Source: Heterodontus francisci (taxonomy: Eukaryota). From it: a stretch of 64,000 nucleotides of DNA. The stretch covers positions 44,501,157 through 44,565,156 of the forward strand of contig NC_090376.1 of NCBI RefSeq assembly GCF_036365525.1. Direction: 5' to 3'. Made by a program: the position numbers and the translations under genes. Below the pieces are notes generated by a model, which searched no databases, was not told where the DNA came from, and saw nothing but the letters and a program-made list of their open reading frames with translations. Positions 10,129-22,959 of this stretch are shown one piece after another (position 1 is the first letter of the stretch; each line of letters opens with the position of its first letter).

Positions 10129-13100
10129 GTGCAGTGATTGAAAATACAGGAACCCAAACTGAAGAGTTATAAAAATGGACTGGGACAATGTGCTGGAAAA
10201 AATGGCCACTGGAGGTCAAAACTGTATATTCAAACTGTCTTACTGTCTGGAAAGAACAAAAGGATACATTCTAAACTAAGCGGTGTCAATTACACCCACC
10301 CTGAACCCATCAACAGACATTTTTGAATTGAATGGTTTCTTTTGAAACAAAGGTGGTGTGAAAACTAGCCACATCCTGGGCCATTGTCAGTCATCACAGA
10401 GGCAAGGTTTGAGACCATTCTTACCTTAAAAAGTAGCTCCGGAAAGAGACAGACAGACAGAGAGAAGGAATCAGGACAAACATCATCAAAGCCTGTCCAG
10501 CTGAGAGCTGGGAGAAAATCAAGCAAGCCAAAAAGATTACTGCTGGGAAATCTACAGTTCAACTTGTACAGCAGAGAACTGAAAGTGATCCCATCTTCAG
10601 ACTGAAATTTCAACCAACTGAGAAATCTACAAACGACCCAAGCCTGCAACTTTAAAGAAGAAATGGACCTTGGAAAAGATTCAACAGGTTACCATGAACC
10701 CCGAAATTCCACCTCACTTCAAACTGCTTACCCCTTTTCCTATCTGTCTGTTCTTGTATGTGTGCTCGCACGCGCAAGTGAGTACGTGTGTGGGTGCAGT
10801 TGCGATTGTGACTATTTCGAGAATATTGCTCAATCTTCTGTTTAAACCTGCAAGAAAACCTGTCACTGTCTGTTTAGTTGACAAACAAAACACAAAGGGG
10901 TTAAAACCCTAGTAACAAAAATATTTGCTGCAGTCAGTTAGGAGTTGAACAGTGGGGGTAACCCACACCCCTCACCACGTGACCATAACAATACTCACAA
11001 CAGTGTTTTCTGTCCCTTGTTATTCCTTACCTCAACCCATACTAATTCTGCTTCCCGATCTTGAGCCAAGATCCTTTCTCACTAATGTCCTTATGTCATC
11101 CATTATTATCAGCTCCCCACCCACCCTTTCCATTCTGCCTGTCTTTTCATGTCAAGTACTCTGAAATACTTCGTTCCCAACGTTGGCCACCTTGCAACCA
11201 CATCTCTGTAATGGCGATTAGATCAAACCCATCTCTATCTCTGTCACTAGTTCATCTACCTCATTACAAATGCTTTGTAAATTCTGATAAAGAGCCTTTA
11301 ATTTTTTACTATTATTCTCTGCTTGGATCTTATTTGCTTATGTACTATTACCACTAAACTCTCTGTTCCTTTCAGCCATGCTCTAATTATTTTTACCCAA
11401 ATTGCTACACTGCTCTAGTGCCTTGACTTTTCTGTTTAGAATTTTAAATTTCCCCTCACCTGATTCCTACAATCCCCACCTGCCCTTTGAGACTAAAGCC
11501 CTACCTACAGTCCTAGTTATCTGATTTGCCAGGACACTGATCCCAGGCCGGTTAAAGTGGAGCCATCCAAACGGAACAGTTCTCCCCTTCCCCAGTACTT
11601 GTGCCAGTGCCCCATGACTTAAAACTCCTTCCTTCCACACCACTCTTTGAGCCACACATTTAACACTTTGATCTGCTTGATCCTATATCATACTGCACAT
11701 GGTTCAGATAGTAAACAGGAGATAATTACCCTTGAGGTTTTGCTTATTAATTTAGAACATAGCTCCTCAAACTTCCTCCACAAAACCTCATTTTTAGTTC
11801 TACCTATGCCACTAGTTTCCACATGGACCACAACTGGATCCTCCCCCTCCCACTTTAAGTCCTTCTCCAGACGTGATGAGATATCCTTAACCCTAGCACT
11901 GGGCAGACAACACAACCTTTGAAACAGCCAGTCACAGCTGCAGAGAACAGTATCTATTCCCCTGATTAGACTATCCCCTCCCACTACCAGATTACTTTTT
12001 ACTCCCCTGACCTGGATGGCCTCCTGTAGTACAGTGCAATGGTCAGTTTGCCCATCCTCCCTACAATCCCTGTTCTCATCTATACAGTAGCAAGTATCTC
12101 ATGCCTATTGGACAAGGTCAAGGGCCGAGGCTTCTCCATCATTACATCCTGGATCCCCATTCCTGCTTGATTCGCAGTCACATCTTCTTATTCTAAATCT
12201 AAAGTACTATTTAACCTAAGGGTGTGACTGTCTCCTGGAACAAAGTCTCCTGGTAACTCTCCCCCTCCCTGATGACCCACAATTTTTGCAGCTCAGACTC
12301 CAACCCAACATCTCTGAGCCGAAGCTCCTCAAAGTGCAGACACTTACTGCAGATGTGGTTCCTCAGGATCTTGTTGGTCTGCAAAAACCACATGTTGCAG
12401 TCATGGCACACCACCTGCTCTGCAATGTTTATCTAACGTTTTATTTATTTAATTGAAGAAAGATAGTGGCCTAGGGGGCAGGAGGTTGTGGGCCAATAAT
12501 CAAAAAGAAATAGGCAGAGAATATAGGCCCTCACAGCACTGTGAAAAACAAAAGTACTACCGAAACTGGCTAAGATTAAGCAGTGGCCATTGAAGGGATA
12601 GGAATTTATCACTTTCAAAAACTTTTTCAGGTTATGCCAGTGATACAGGTAGGAATGGGGCTTGAAATAAAAGGGTGAAGGGAATGGAGGAAAAAAAGAG
12701 ATGGAGGAAACGGAGGGTAAAATGGGGAAGGCGATGTAATTGAAGGGGAATTGGTAAATGTGAAATTAGAGAGGATTTGTAGGTGCAAAGTAGAGGAATT
12801 GAGTGGGAGATTGAGCAGGGCATAGGAATTTTTTTTGGAGAAAAGCAAGAAATTGCAAAGCTGATAAAATAAGGGGCAGCAGTGAAAAATGGGAGACAGG
12901 GAACATTTAGCAAGAAATGGCAAAGGGATATGGGTAAGTTATAGGGAGAATGGGAAGGCTAGAAGTTGAAGACAGTGAGGCAAAGGGTGAGGAGATCTCG
13001 AGAAGGGGAGAGTAAGGGCAGGAATGTAAGTGGCACATAATGAGGCAGTAAGGAGAGGCAGCAGTAGATGCGACCAGCAGCAGCTTCCTTTCCTGTCATC

Positions 13101-13692
13101 TCACAATGAAAAGAAAAAAAGCTAAGGCAGATAACACACACACACAGACAAAGTGCAATATCTGCAGCATGTAAACCGCAGGACTCCAGGTCCTGGTGGC
13201 ATCCACCCAAGGGTTTATAAACAGATGGTACAGGTGCTATGTGAACACCTTGCTCATATCTTCAACAGCTCAAAGAGTCACGGTTTGTTTCCTTAAATTG
13301 GAAGGGCACTAACAAAACAGCACAAGAAATGTAAAAAAAAAACGTTGATGCAGTCAGGAAAAGGATTGTCTCTTCATTGGCCTACTAAAATAATCTGGAC
13401 TGCTATCAGTGAGTCAAAGGCCCCAGCTCTGACTGTTCCCCAGCTCAGCATAGGAGCCAGCTGATTTCCCATCCTCCCAGGACTGGCAGGTTGCTCACAA
13501 GAAGAAAATGAAGCCCGGGCCTCAATATAGCTCAAGCTGCAAGCCAGCAAGAACGGGTGGGCAGTTGGCAAACTCAGACTACCTGTAGTTAAAATCAGTC
13601 CTATTGTATTTTCCAACTTAGTGTGCAAAACTATGGGAGATCCAATAGTAATATAATAAAAGTCTTGCATTTGCATACATTTCCTGAGACAC

Positions 13693-13698
13693 TTTATT
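13693..13698 (-). terminator. Candidate polyadenylation signal of the POLR1D-isoform-2 gene (alternative AATAAA at 14187-14192)
   Basis: Minus-strand AATAAA at the end of about 1.2 kb of repeat-poor AT-rich sequence below the stop codon; part of the palindrome TTTATTAATAAA (13693-13704). Confidence 0.45.
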
Positions 13699-14920
13699 AA
13701 TAAACACCCTTATTTTTTATAAAATATCCTTCGGCTTACCACCAGCAACGCCATGGGAGATCTGCTAGCATACTTTTAAAAATATCCATGAAGTTGCCTG
13801 ATTAACATTCAGCAGTATAGAAGTAGGTCTGTCCCATTGAATGTGCACATGTGGATCACAATATTAACCTAGATAATACCAACATATCCCAAAGAAGTCT
13901 CAATATGACAATTCTTAACATTCTGATGAACAGTATGCTGGTTAACTTTCCCAAGAAACAAATTCTTTGATAGTTACATGGACACAAATGTATTTTTGCT
14001 AAATGCTGTACACTGTTTCTGTTCATACTGACTTGTATATTGCTTCTCCTGATAAGATCATTTTATATTCTTTCAACTTCAGCAGCAAAATTTATATGGC
14101 CATTTGAGACAATCTGAAGACTCCACACCTTCAACTGCAGATTTTCAATGTGAAAAGATACATTACGCTACATGATGAAATTATGATTTATTGGTAAATG
14201 CGTAATGCAGTTTTAATGTAATCAGAACCTATACACTGAACCTTACCAGTCCGACAAAGGTTATGTTCATACAGAGTTTTTCAGCAAAGTATAAACCATA
14301 ACCAATAATTGAAAACTTATCAATGGCTAGGGTTTTCCATTGCTGCACTAACCAGCTTACAATCTTTCTGTCCATTAAAATGAGTAGGATGCAAACTGTG
14401 GGCCGGTAAGCATATAATCACAAAACCCAGCCAAGATGCGCACTAAAAAACAGTTTCTTACATTTAAAGTCACTTAAAACAATGAATAGGTCTAAAGTAT
14501 ATACACAAACTCCATAGTGTGACTATAAAAATAATTACCTGCATATTAAATAACCACTGCACCATTTTTATAGAATGTTATTTTTTTTTTACATGTCCTG
14601 CCTCTATTGATAATATAAGGGCAACTAAACACCTGGTTTTGAACTTGCCAAATACAGTATTCACTTAACAGTTCTTTGTGTGACACTGTTTACTATAGAC
14701 ACAATTATGCAGAACAAGTAAGTATATTGTTTGCATGAAATGTTATCTGGATATTATGGTCGGTGTGCTAGAAAACTGCCCATGAAGAAGATATTTGCCA
14801 GTTTTTCCTGTTCTAGGTCAAAGTCTGAAATTCTCTAAAGCAAGAACTTATTTTCTGTTCTAATTTGAGCTTGCTTTTATGGCCTAATCATCTTAGGCGC
14901 TTTGTTGGTGCACAAGATTT

Positions 14921-15206
14921 TCAATAATCTTTTGTGCCCTTGTACTTTTTAGTATTCCTCTTTGAGTCATTTTCCCGTGGAGAAGGAGACCTGTTAGCTT
15001 TCATCCTAGTTTTTGGTCCCTGTTTATATGGTTGGAAGCTGTTTTTGTGTAGCCTTTCTTTTTTCCTTTGTTCCTTCTCATTTAGATCTGAATCCTTAAC
15101 TTCTTCCTTTTGGCTATGGTCATATGTTTGTCTTTGAGACGGTATAGTATTCTTAACAGTATTGATGAGAAACCGTTTGTTGGCTCCTGGAAGAGGACAC
15201 TTCATC
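14921..15206 (-). CDS. POLR1D: Terminal coding exon 3 (MKCPLPGANKRFLINTVKN...DY*)
   Basis: Acceptor ttttttttaacag|G ATG AAG TGT; ORF track 14921..15205; conserved MKCPL..NKRFLINT.KNT.PS followed by a basic low-complexity tail; TGA at 14921-14923. Confidence 0.95.
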
Positions 15207-15399
15207 CTGTTAAAAAAAATACAAAGTATGGATATATTTTACTATTTGGAGAAGAAGGAGAAACACAAAAAAAAAAGATTTAATTTGCAAACAGTTTAAG
15301 TGACTGTTTGATTCAGGACCTCAAATTTCAGCTTAGGTCATTAAAGTGACATATTGAGTAAATTCCCAACTGGGTGAAAAGTCTTAGTTCTTTCTAAAT

Positions 15400-15930
15400 A
15401 ATTTACAGTGAAACAAAATCTTGCATAAGAAATTATACTTATATGGAATGTTTAACAATGCAAAAGTTTCCAAGTTGTTTCGCAAAAGGAATAATGGAGA
15501 ATGTGCAGGAGGTGGGAAAAATAGATTAGGGGAGCTAACCAAAGGCACAGATGAAGTAGGTTTTGAGCAGACCTTTAATAGTAGTAAAGTTATGGAGGGC
15601 TTTAGAAAGAATTTCACAGTGCAAGGTTAGACGTTCTAAAACTGAGGTGGAATGGGGACTGCCACATAAACAAATGTCCCGATTTAGAAGAGCAGAGGGT
15701 ATAAATTAGGACATAGAACTGGAAGATGCTACAGAAGTAGGGTGGCGCACGGTGAAAGGATTTGTAAGTGTGGATGAGAATTTTGATTTCAATGTTCTGT
15801 AGGTTTGAGAGCCAAGTGAAAATCAGCGAGGATTGGAGTGATGGCAGCACTGCACTTAGTACAGGATAGGATGTAGAGTGTGAAGTATAAGAGGAGTTGA
15901 GATTTGTATAGGGTAGAGACAAGGAGGCCT
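15400..15930 (-). mobile_element. Degenerate L2 LINE 3' fragment
   Basis: WL..LQNIEIKILIHTYKSFHRAPPYF resembles the L2 ORF2 C-terminus (WLP...RI.FKIL...FK.LHG.AP.YL). Confidence 0.6.
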
Positions 15931-15937
15931 GCATAAA

Positions 15938-16273
15938 ATCATAGATCATAGATAGATACAGCAGTGAAACAGGGCTTTTGGCCCACCAAGTCTGTGCCAA
16001 CCAACAACCACCCATTTATACTAATCCTACATTAATCCCATATTCCCTACCACATCCCCACAATTCTCCTACCACCTGCCTACACTAGGGGCAATTTACC
16101 ATAGCCAATTTACCTATCAACCTGCAAGTCTTTGGCTGTGGGAGGAAACCGGAGCACCCGGCAGAAACCTATGCGGTCACAGGGAGAACTTGCAAACTCC
16201 GCACAGGCAGTACCCAGTACTGAACCCGGATCGCTGGAGCTGAGAGGCTGCGGTGCTAACCACTGTGCCGCCC
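15938..16273 (-). mobile_element. HE1-type V-SINE (intron 2)
   Basis: Reverse complement of the HE1 head, V-domain and tail. Confidence 0.92.
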
Positions 16274-16671
16274 AAATCTTTCCTATTTCAAGATTGTAAT
16301 TTTTGTAGATGAAATTGCATACACACAAAGTACAAAGAACAAACAACCTTACTGTTTTTCCTTATTTTTGAATATTCCAGTTTAAGACCGACAATGGCTT
16401 AACTTTCAAGTCCTAAATGTTTCACATATTTAAATACAGGAATATTTGAAAGTTAAAAAATGTTTTAAGCTGACCACATGGTTGCTGTCATTGGAACTGG
16501 CATTATCATTTTTGCAGCATTTGAGATTAGACATTGAAATACCACATTTTATTGCATAGCCTTGACTCCCAAGACCCTCAGACTGTTCATTACTTTTAAG
16601 ACATTACTTTTTGTGTCTAGTTTAAGACCATTGACCCTAATCAAGCAAGCTATAATAAAATAAAAATGCAG

Positions 16672-17890
16672 GAAGATTTTTGACGAGGTAGCAGAGAAGG
16701 CTGATGAGGGTGATGCAGTTGATTTGGTGTATATGAACTTCCAAAAGGCATTTGATAACGTGCTACATAAAAGACTTGTCAGCAAAGTTGAAGCTCATGG
16801 AATAAAATGGTTAGTGGCAGCATGCACATGAAGTTGGCTGAGTAACAAAAAACATAGCATAGTGGTGAACTGTTGTTCTTCGGACTGGAGGAGGTTATAC
16901 AGTGGGGTTCCCCAAGGGTTGGTACTAGGACCACTGCTTTTCTTGATATATATTAATGACCTAGACTTGGGTGTCCAGGGCACAATTTCAAAATTTGGAG
17001 ATGACAGAAAACTTGGAAGTATTGTGAATGGCGACTTCAAGAGGATGTAGACAGGCTGATGGAATGGTTGGACTTGTGGCAGATGAAATTTAATGAAGTT
17101 AAGTATGAAGTGATACATTTTGGTAGGAAGGACGAGGTGAGGCAATAAAAACTAAAGGGTACAATTCTAAAGTGGGCGCAGGAGCAGAAGGTATATGTGC
17201 ACAAATTGTTGAAGGTGGCAGGGCAGGTTGAAAAAGTGGTTAAAAAGGTATACGGGATCCTGGGCTTTATAGGGAGAGGCATAGAGCACAAAAGCAAGCA
17301 AGTTATGTTGAACCTTTATAAAACACTGGCTCAGCCTCAACTGGAGTACTGTGTCCAAATCTGAGCACTGCACTTTAGAAAGAATGTGAAGGCTTTAGAG
17401 AGGGTGCAGAAAAGATTTACAAGAATGGTTCCAGGGATGAGGGGCTTCAGTTGTGTGGAGAGATTGAAAAAGCTGGGGTTGTTCTTCTTAGAGAAGAAAA
17501 GATTGAGAGCAGATTTGATAGAGGTGTTCAAAATCATGAAAGGTCTAGAAAGAATGGATGGAGAAAAACTATTCCCACTGATGGAAGGGTTGAGAACTAC
17601 AGGACACAGATTTAAGGTTATTGGCAAAAGAACCAAAAGCAACATGAGGAAAAATGTTAACGCAGTGAATGGTTACAATTTGAATGCACTGTCAGAGGAT
17701 GGTGGAAGCAAATTCAATTGCAGCTTTCTAAAAGGGATTTAGATAAGCATCTGAAGGGATAAAAATTGCGGGGCTACAGGAAAAGGGCGGTGGAGCGGGA
17801 CTAGCTAAATTCCTCTTGCAGAGAGCTGGCATGGACTCGATGGGCTGAATGGCTTCCTTCTGTGCTATAACCATTCTATGATTCTAAACA
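16672..17890 (+). mobile_element. CR1 LINE 3' fragment
   Basis: GVPQGLVLGPLLFLIYINDL, KFGDD and ALERVQKRFTRM; CR1 3' UTR ending TTCTATGATTCTA. Confidence 0.9.
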
Positions 17891-20163
17891 TTAGATTTAG
17901 TGAGGGATAGTTTCTTCAAAAATAGTCAAGAAAACCACAGAACATTATCCTGGACATTTCTTTTGACATTTATAGTTTTGATTTTACACAATGGTTAAAA
18001 AAAATACAATTCTGGTCATGGAATAGCTAAGGGTAACAACTTCACTGAAGATAGCTTCCACATAACAATTAATGTCCTTTTGCTTTAGTAGGGGCACTTG
18101 ACACAGTAGCCCTCTGAAGGCCACTATCTGAATGCAAAAACATCACAAGCAAGTAGGACTTCTGTGAAATGCAGATTTTGACATTTGGAAATTATAAATC
18201 ATGCATTGTATTTCCATAAGCTCTACCAGCTTTCATATTTGGAGGAGAGATAAGAACACATTTTGAAGATACCATGCTGAGAAAAAAAAAAGTCATAATA
18301 TATAAATTACTTACAGTTCTCAAAATACTTAAGTGCATTCTAGGTACACAGAACAGCTCTCCATTTTAAAATAATACGCATTCTTAACAGACAATTTGTG
18401 CGCAAGGAGGAAGTGGCCAGATTGGTTAATTGCTTTGACTGAATGAATAATGTCATACTGCCATCAGAAAGTTCTTTGTGGATAAATGTGAGAGTTAACA
18501 GTAATACTGGACTTTGTATCTGCACCTTTGCCAAAATGAAGAGAAAGAAAATCTATGGGACCATGCCAATTTTATTTCTCCAATCTCTTGCTGGATTTTT
18601 ATAATAGTCACAGTACACTAGACATCCATTATTATTTGGGCGATTGATGAAAAATTTACATTTATTTTATCAGTTCTTCATATACATCACTGAAATGTCA
18701 GTGGATCTGCAATATTTGGTGTTTTATAAACAAGTACAGAAAACCTCAAAACAGCCAAGAGTTAAATCACAGGGGAGGGAAGATACTCAATTACGTTTGA
18801 CAAATGCAATACTACCCAAGGGCAACATAAGCAGGCAGCTCCTTCGCAAAGCTTTTTAAATTAGAATATTCAAGGTTGAAGCTCTTCAGAGAGACATGAA
18901 GTATGAAAAAAAGCATACCTGTAGGGCAGCAGACTGTTTCCAGTTCAGGAGTTCAATATTGGATGAATGAAATAAATAATGCAATACAGATTGAAAAACT
19001 ATCAGGGAAAAGTACACGACCCTGTATAGGAGCCTAAAAATCATCTTAGTGCTTGACCAGATCTAAAGATACTTGGCTGGTGGATAAATTCTACCAAGTG
19101 TACAAGCTAGAAATTATCGGAGATGACGTATTCAGAGGATGAGAAAGATGTATAATTCCAGGCAGGTCAGAATGCTTGAGAGCTGCTCCATGAACTCTGT
19201 CATGCCCCACATCTGCAGAGAGAGCAAATATCTTGCTTTGGCAGATGTATTGGTGGAGGCTCTTCTTCTCAAAGGGAATGTGCCAGCAGACTCTCAGTAG
19301 TATCACTATAGGATGGGAAAGCTTGATCAACCATTCTGTCGAAAAGCTCTTCAGGAGCACCTCAATTACAGTATGTCACACTTTATGTGGTATTGTATGA
19401 AAGGTGGTATACCAATGTGATCAGAAGCCAGCATTGCCCGTTGTGCCACAGCTAATAAGGTTGTCAGAAACTATTACTGTAGGCTCTGACAATCTCATCT
19501 GGGAGTGACCATGCAGACCTATGCTTTCAGGGTCTGAAAGTGAGCTACAGCTCTGATCCATGGGCATATTCCTTGCAAGCATCTCCAGCAGTGCCATCTT
19601 GACCTCAGCAACCATCCAATAAGGGTCTGGATGCTGGACAGCACTGTCACTTGTCCACAGACTTATTCCTGTATCTAAGGATTCTTCTCTCTTAAACTTG
19701 CCCTGTCATTTCTTAACCCCCTACCTCATCTGCCATGGCAAAGGTTGCTGATGGGTTAAGATGCTTTTTAAGGCTCTGCAAAAGTCTTCTGATTGCATGC
19801 CCTCTCTACTGTGACATAACTCTTTAACGGTCTGACTTGACACAGTTTTCCTCTCTTACCAGTTGTCTCATCCAAGGTGCAGCTTCCGACTGAAGTTGGG
19901 AATAATGATACAACTGATCTTCAACGAGAAAATCAAGTACTATTTGCATTTGAAATTCAGGTAGGACCTAAAAGCACTGCAAATGATCTTAGAACTGACT
20001 TACCTACAGGCAAAATTGGTCCGAATGTCTCGACTCCTTTGCATTTCAGTTGCATGTTGTACTGCACTGTAAGATTCCATTATCATTTTGTATATTACAC
20101 CAATCTTCTTAATTGTATTATTTTGCAATTGGTGAATTTATTTAGTTTCAAGCATATTCTTAC

Positions 20164-20238
20164 CAGCCCATGGGTCCCATAGTTTCAGCCCTGGCTTTTC
20201 CACGCTTTGCCTCTGTAAGAAGTTCTTCCACAGCTTTT
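20164..20238 (-). CDS. POLR1D: Coding exon 2 (KAVEELLTEAKRGKARAETMGPMG + split W codon), 75 nt
   Basis: Minus strand: ttttgttttaaaatag|A AAA GCT GTG ... ATG GGC TG|gtaaga. Near-identical to human KAIEELLKEAKRGKTRAETMGPMGW. Confidence 0.95.
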
Positions 20239-20408
20239 CTATTTTAAAACAAAATTGTTTAATTGATGGAAATTAGAAGTTGAATATACAATTACTAAGT
20301 TTCCTACCATCTTCCCTCCTACCCTACTTCCAACCCTGATATGTTTGTTCCAGATTTCTTCATTCCTCAGTAAAAAGGTGTAGAGTAACATCACTAATCA
20401 AAGATAAA

Positions 20409-21044
20409 GGGCTGGATTTTGCAGTCAGCAGCGAAGCAATGGTGTTCACCGCTGACCTCGAAGAAAGCGCTCTTCGTGGCATTGATTTCCACTTTTCCAA
20501 CAGCATAAATCTGGTGCCAAGTCAAGAGGATCTCCAAGAGTCCAGCAGCAGTGAAATCAGCAAGCTGGGTAAGCAGCCAAAAACACTGAAGTATTCTATG
20601 AGACAGCAAAACAGGAAGTTAAAAACACTGATTATCTATCACCTTTAATTTAAATTTTCAGATAGCAAAATAAATGAATATGATTGGATTAATATAGAAG
20701 CTAAAATATCAAACTTTAAAAAATTAAATATGTGGAATGATATCATAATGGAGAAATTGACATTCTACAGTTATAAAATCAGATTTATAGGGCGAATAGA
20801 GGTGTTTAGCAATAATTATCAAGTCAATACGCTGTTAAAAACCCAGTTACACATTCTTCAATAAGGTGTACCTTTCTGAAGGGTTTTTACAGTGAGGCCA
20901 ACAGCGTATAAGTGGAAGTTCTTGTCAATTTATTGATGGCTTTGGGATTGCACTCTGAAGGGACCTCAACAGTGCACTCTCTGGAGGACTGTAGAATCAC
21001 TGGCAGCAATTTCTGCGTTATTCTGCCAAATCAAAATCCGGACC
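20409..21044. mobile_element. Non-autonomous TIR element (MITE-like, possibly Harbinger-derived)
   Basis: Ends GGGCTGGATTTTG and CAAAATCCGGACC; internal 20750-20900 recurs inverted at 27275-27425. Confidence 0.6.
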
Positions 21045-22054
21045 ATTGTTTGAACTTACTTTTCAATTTAAATCCTTTTTTATGCTTTAAGCTGAAGACC
21101 TGCATAGCAGGAAATAAAATAAATTACACAGAACGTACAATGATCCATATTATGAGGCTACATTTTCATATCGACATTTTAACTAACCTGCGCCAGACAT
21201 TGTTAAAGCCATGCTCAAAGTAGAATTCAGGAAACAGTCTGTCAGTACTGTGGCTCTTCAAGTTTTTTTGTGCTGAAGGAATGCTAAATTCACAGTCAGA
21301 ATAGCATGTGCTGTGACCAATATTTGCAAGGGCTAATAGTACCTAATAGCACTGAGAATGGATACTTTGAAAGAGTTAATTTACAATAACTTTCATTCTT
21401 GAGGTCCTGACTTATTCTACATACCTGCCATTCATTCATGTTTTGCGTGGGCAGTCAGTATTTTGGAAGACTGCTGACGTTTACAAATAAGAATCCATGG
21501 GATTTAAATTCAAATGGTTTCAGCATTGATTATGAGGAAGATTCCAATCCTCTGCTTCTCAGTGTGTTAATTCCAATCAGAGCAACACAACAATAGACTC
21601 CAATCACATCTTCCAGAAAAAAAAAAATTTCAGGAAATTAAGTGATTTTTGACAGTCTATTCAAATTGCTCTTCCCTACTCAGCATTATGATGCTGTGTT
21701 ACTGCTGTAAAGCAGTGATCTTTACAGGTTGATTAGTTGTAAAGTGTTGGTACAGTAACAGGCATTTTTACTGTTAATCAGTTGTGTAGTTATAGGATGC
21801 CTCCCTGCAGTGTTAATTTTTTAACTTATTTTCAATTAAAGTACTTGAATTTGCCAACAATAAAATGTAGAATCCAATGCTCATTGTACACGAAGACTGT
21901 CTCTGTTTTCCATCGATATAAATGTTTTGGACCTTGTTTCTGCCTGTCCACATCTGCAGCAAAAGAAACAGGAATTTAAGGTTCTCGCAACCCTTGAGAA
22001 TTGTCTAATGAGTTCACTTGACTCAGTTCTTCTCTGCAAGCACTGCCACCTCAC

Positions 22055-22740
22055 ATAAGTGAAAGTTAGTGTGCAGGTACAGCAAGCAATTTGGAAGACA
22101 AATGATATGTTGGCCTTTATTGCAAGGAATTGGAGTACAAGATTAAAGAGTTCTTGCTACAATTATACAGGGGTTTGGTGAGACCACACCCAGAGTACAG
22201 TATGCAGTTTTGGTCTCCATATTTAAGGATGTACTTGCATTGGAGGTCGCACAGCGAAGGTTCACTAGATTGGTCCCTGAATTGAGAGGGTTGTCCTATG
22301 ATGAGAGGCTGAGTAAATTGGGTCTATATTCTTTGGAGTTTAGAAGAATGAGAGATGATCTCATCGAAACATACAAGATTCTGAGCGGGCTTGACAGGGT
22401 AGACACTGAGAGATTGTTTCCCCTGGCTGGGAAATCTAGAACACAGGGGCAGAGTCTTAGGAAAAGGGGCCGATCATTTAGGACTGAGATGAGGAGAAAT
22501 TTCTTCACTCAAAGGGTTGTGAATCTTTGGAATTCTCTACCCCAGATGGTTGTGGATGCTTCATCAATTAATATATTTAAGGTTGAGATAGAGAGATTTT
22601 TGGACTCTCGGGGAATCAAGGGATATGGGGAACAGGCAGGAACGGAGTTGAAACCGAAGATCAGCAATGATCCTATTGAATGGTGGAGCAGGCTTGATTG
22701 GCCGTATGGTCTATTCCTTCTCCTATTTCTTATGTTATTT
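22055..22740 (+). mobile_element. CR1 LINE 3' fragment
   Basis: ORF 22210..22818 contains [21 protein letters not shown] and FFTQRVVNLWNSLP. Confidence 0.9.
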
Positions 22741-22959
22741 CAGGTGGGCATCCTTCTTCAAAACCAACAATCGACATTACTGATTAAACTCATAAGTAAG
22801 TACTATATTATATTCTAAAACTGAGCATTCGGGTCTCCATCTACCATAAGAGTGGATATTAGTGAAACGAGGCTGACAACAAACCCCATCAAACTTAATG
22901 ATTGCTGAGTAATACTAGACTATGGAAAGAGAGCAGCCAAATCTGGTGCAGCCAAAGAA

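Larger units (their letters stand above)
3288..10990 (+). mobile_element. Gypsy (Gmr1/SCAN-gag-like) LTR element with both LTRs and gag-pro only
   Basis: 5' LTR 3288-4191 (TGTCAC...TAACA); degenerate tRNA-Pro-like PBS TGGAGGCTCG at 4195; gag FDV.RH.RLVPKFNEKEVESYFISFEKIA..LKWP, YELVPEAY and zinc knuckle CFQCGKSGHVQANC; protease-like ILRDIG; PPT TTTTGGGGGAGG; homologous 3' LTR 9717-10990. Confidence 0.85.
3035..12430 (-). mobile_element. Old CR1 5' half (ORF1 zinc finger/zipper/esterase plus EN start), split into 3035-3287 and 10991-12430 by an LTR element
   Basis: ORF 12211..12414 has CHDCNMW...CSKC..EELRLR..LESELQKL; ORF 11688..11984 has CLPSARVKDI..RLE...EGEDPVVVHV (GDSL/SGNH-like). CR1 endonuclease-region sequence resumes across the LTR element. 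Confidence 0.75.

Noticed and set aside
12630-13080. Purine-rich tract with minus-strand Pro/Ser/Phe-rich ORFs
   Set aside because: Low-complexity sequence with no recognisable domain or splice support.
18919-18998. Possible 80-nt stop-containing cassette exon in intron 2 (ctgatag|...CAG|gtatg)
   Set aside because: Splice-like motifs only; very AT-rich, with no homology or expression evidence, and such pairs are common by chance.
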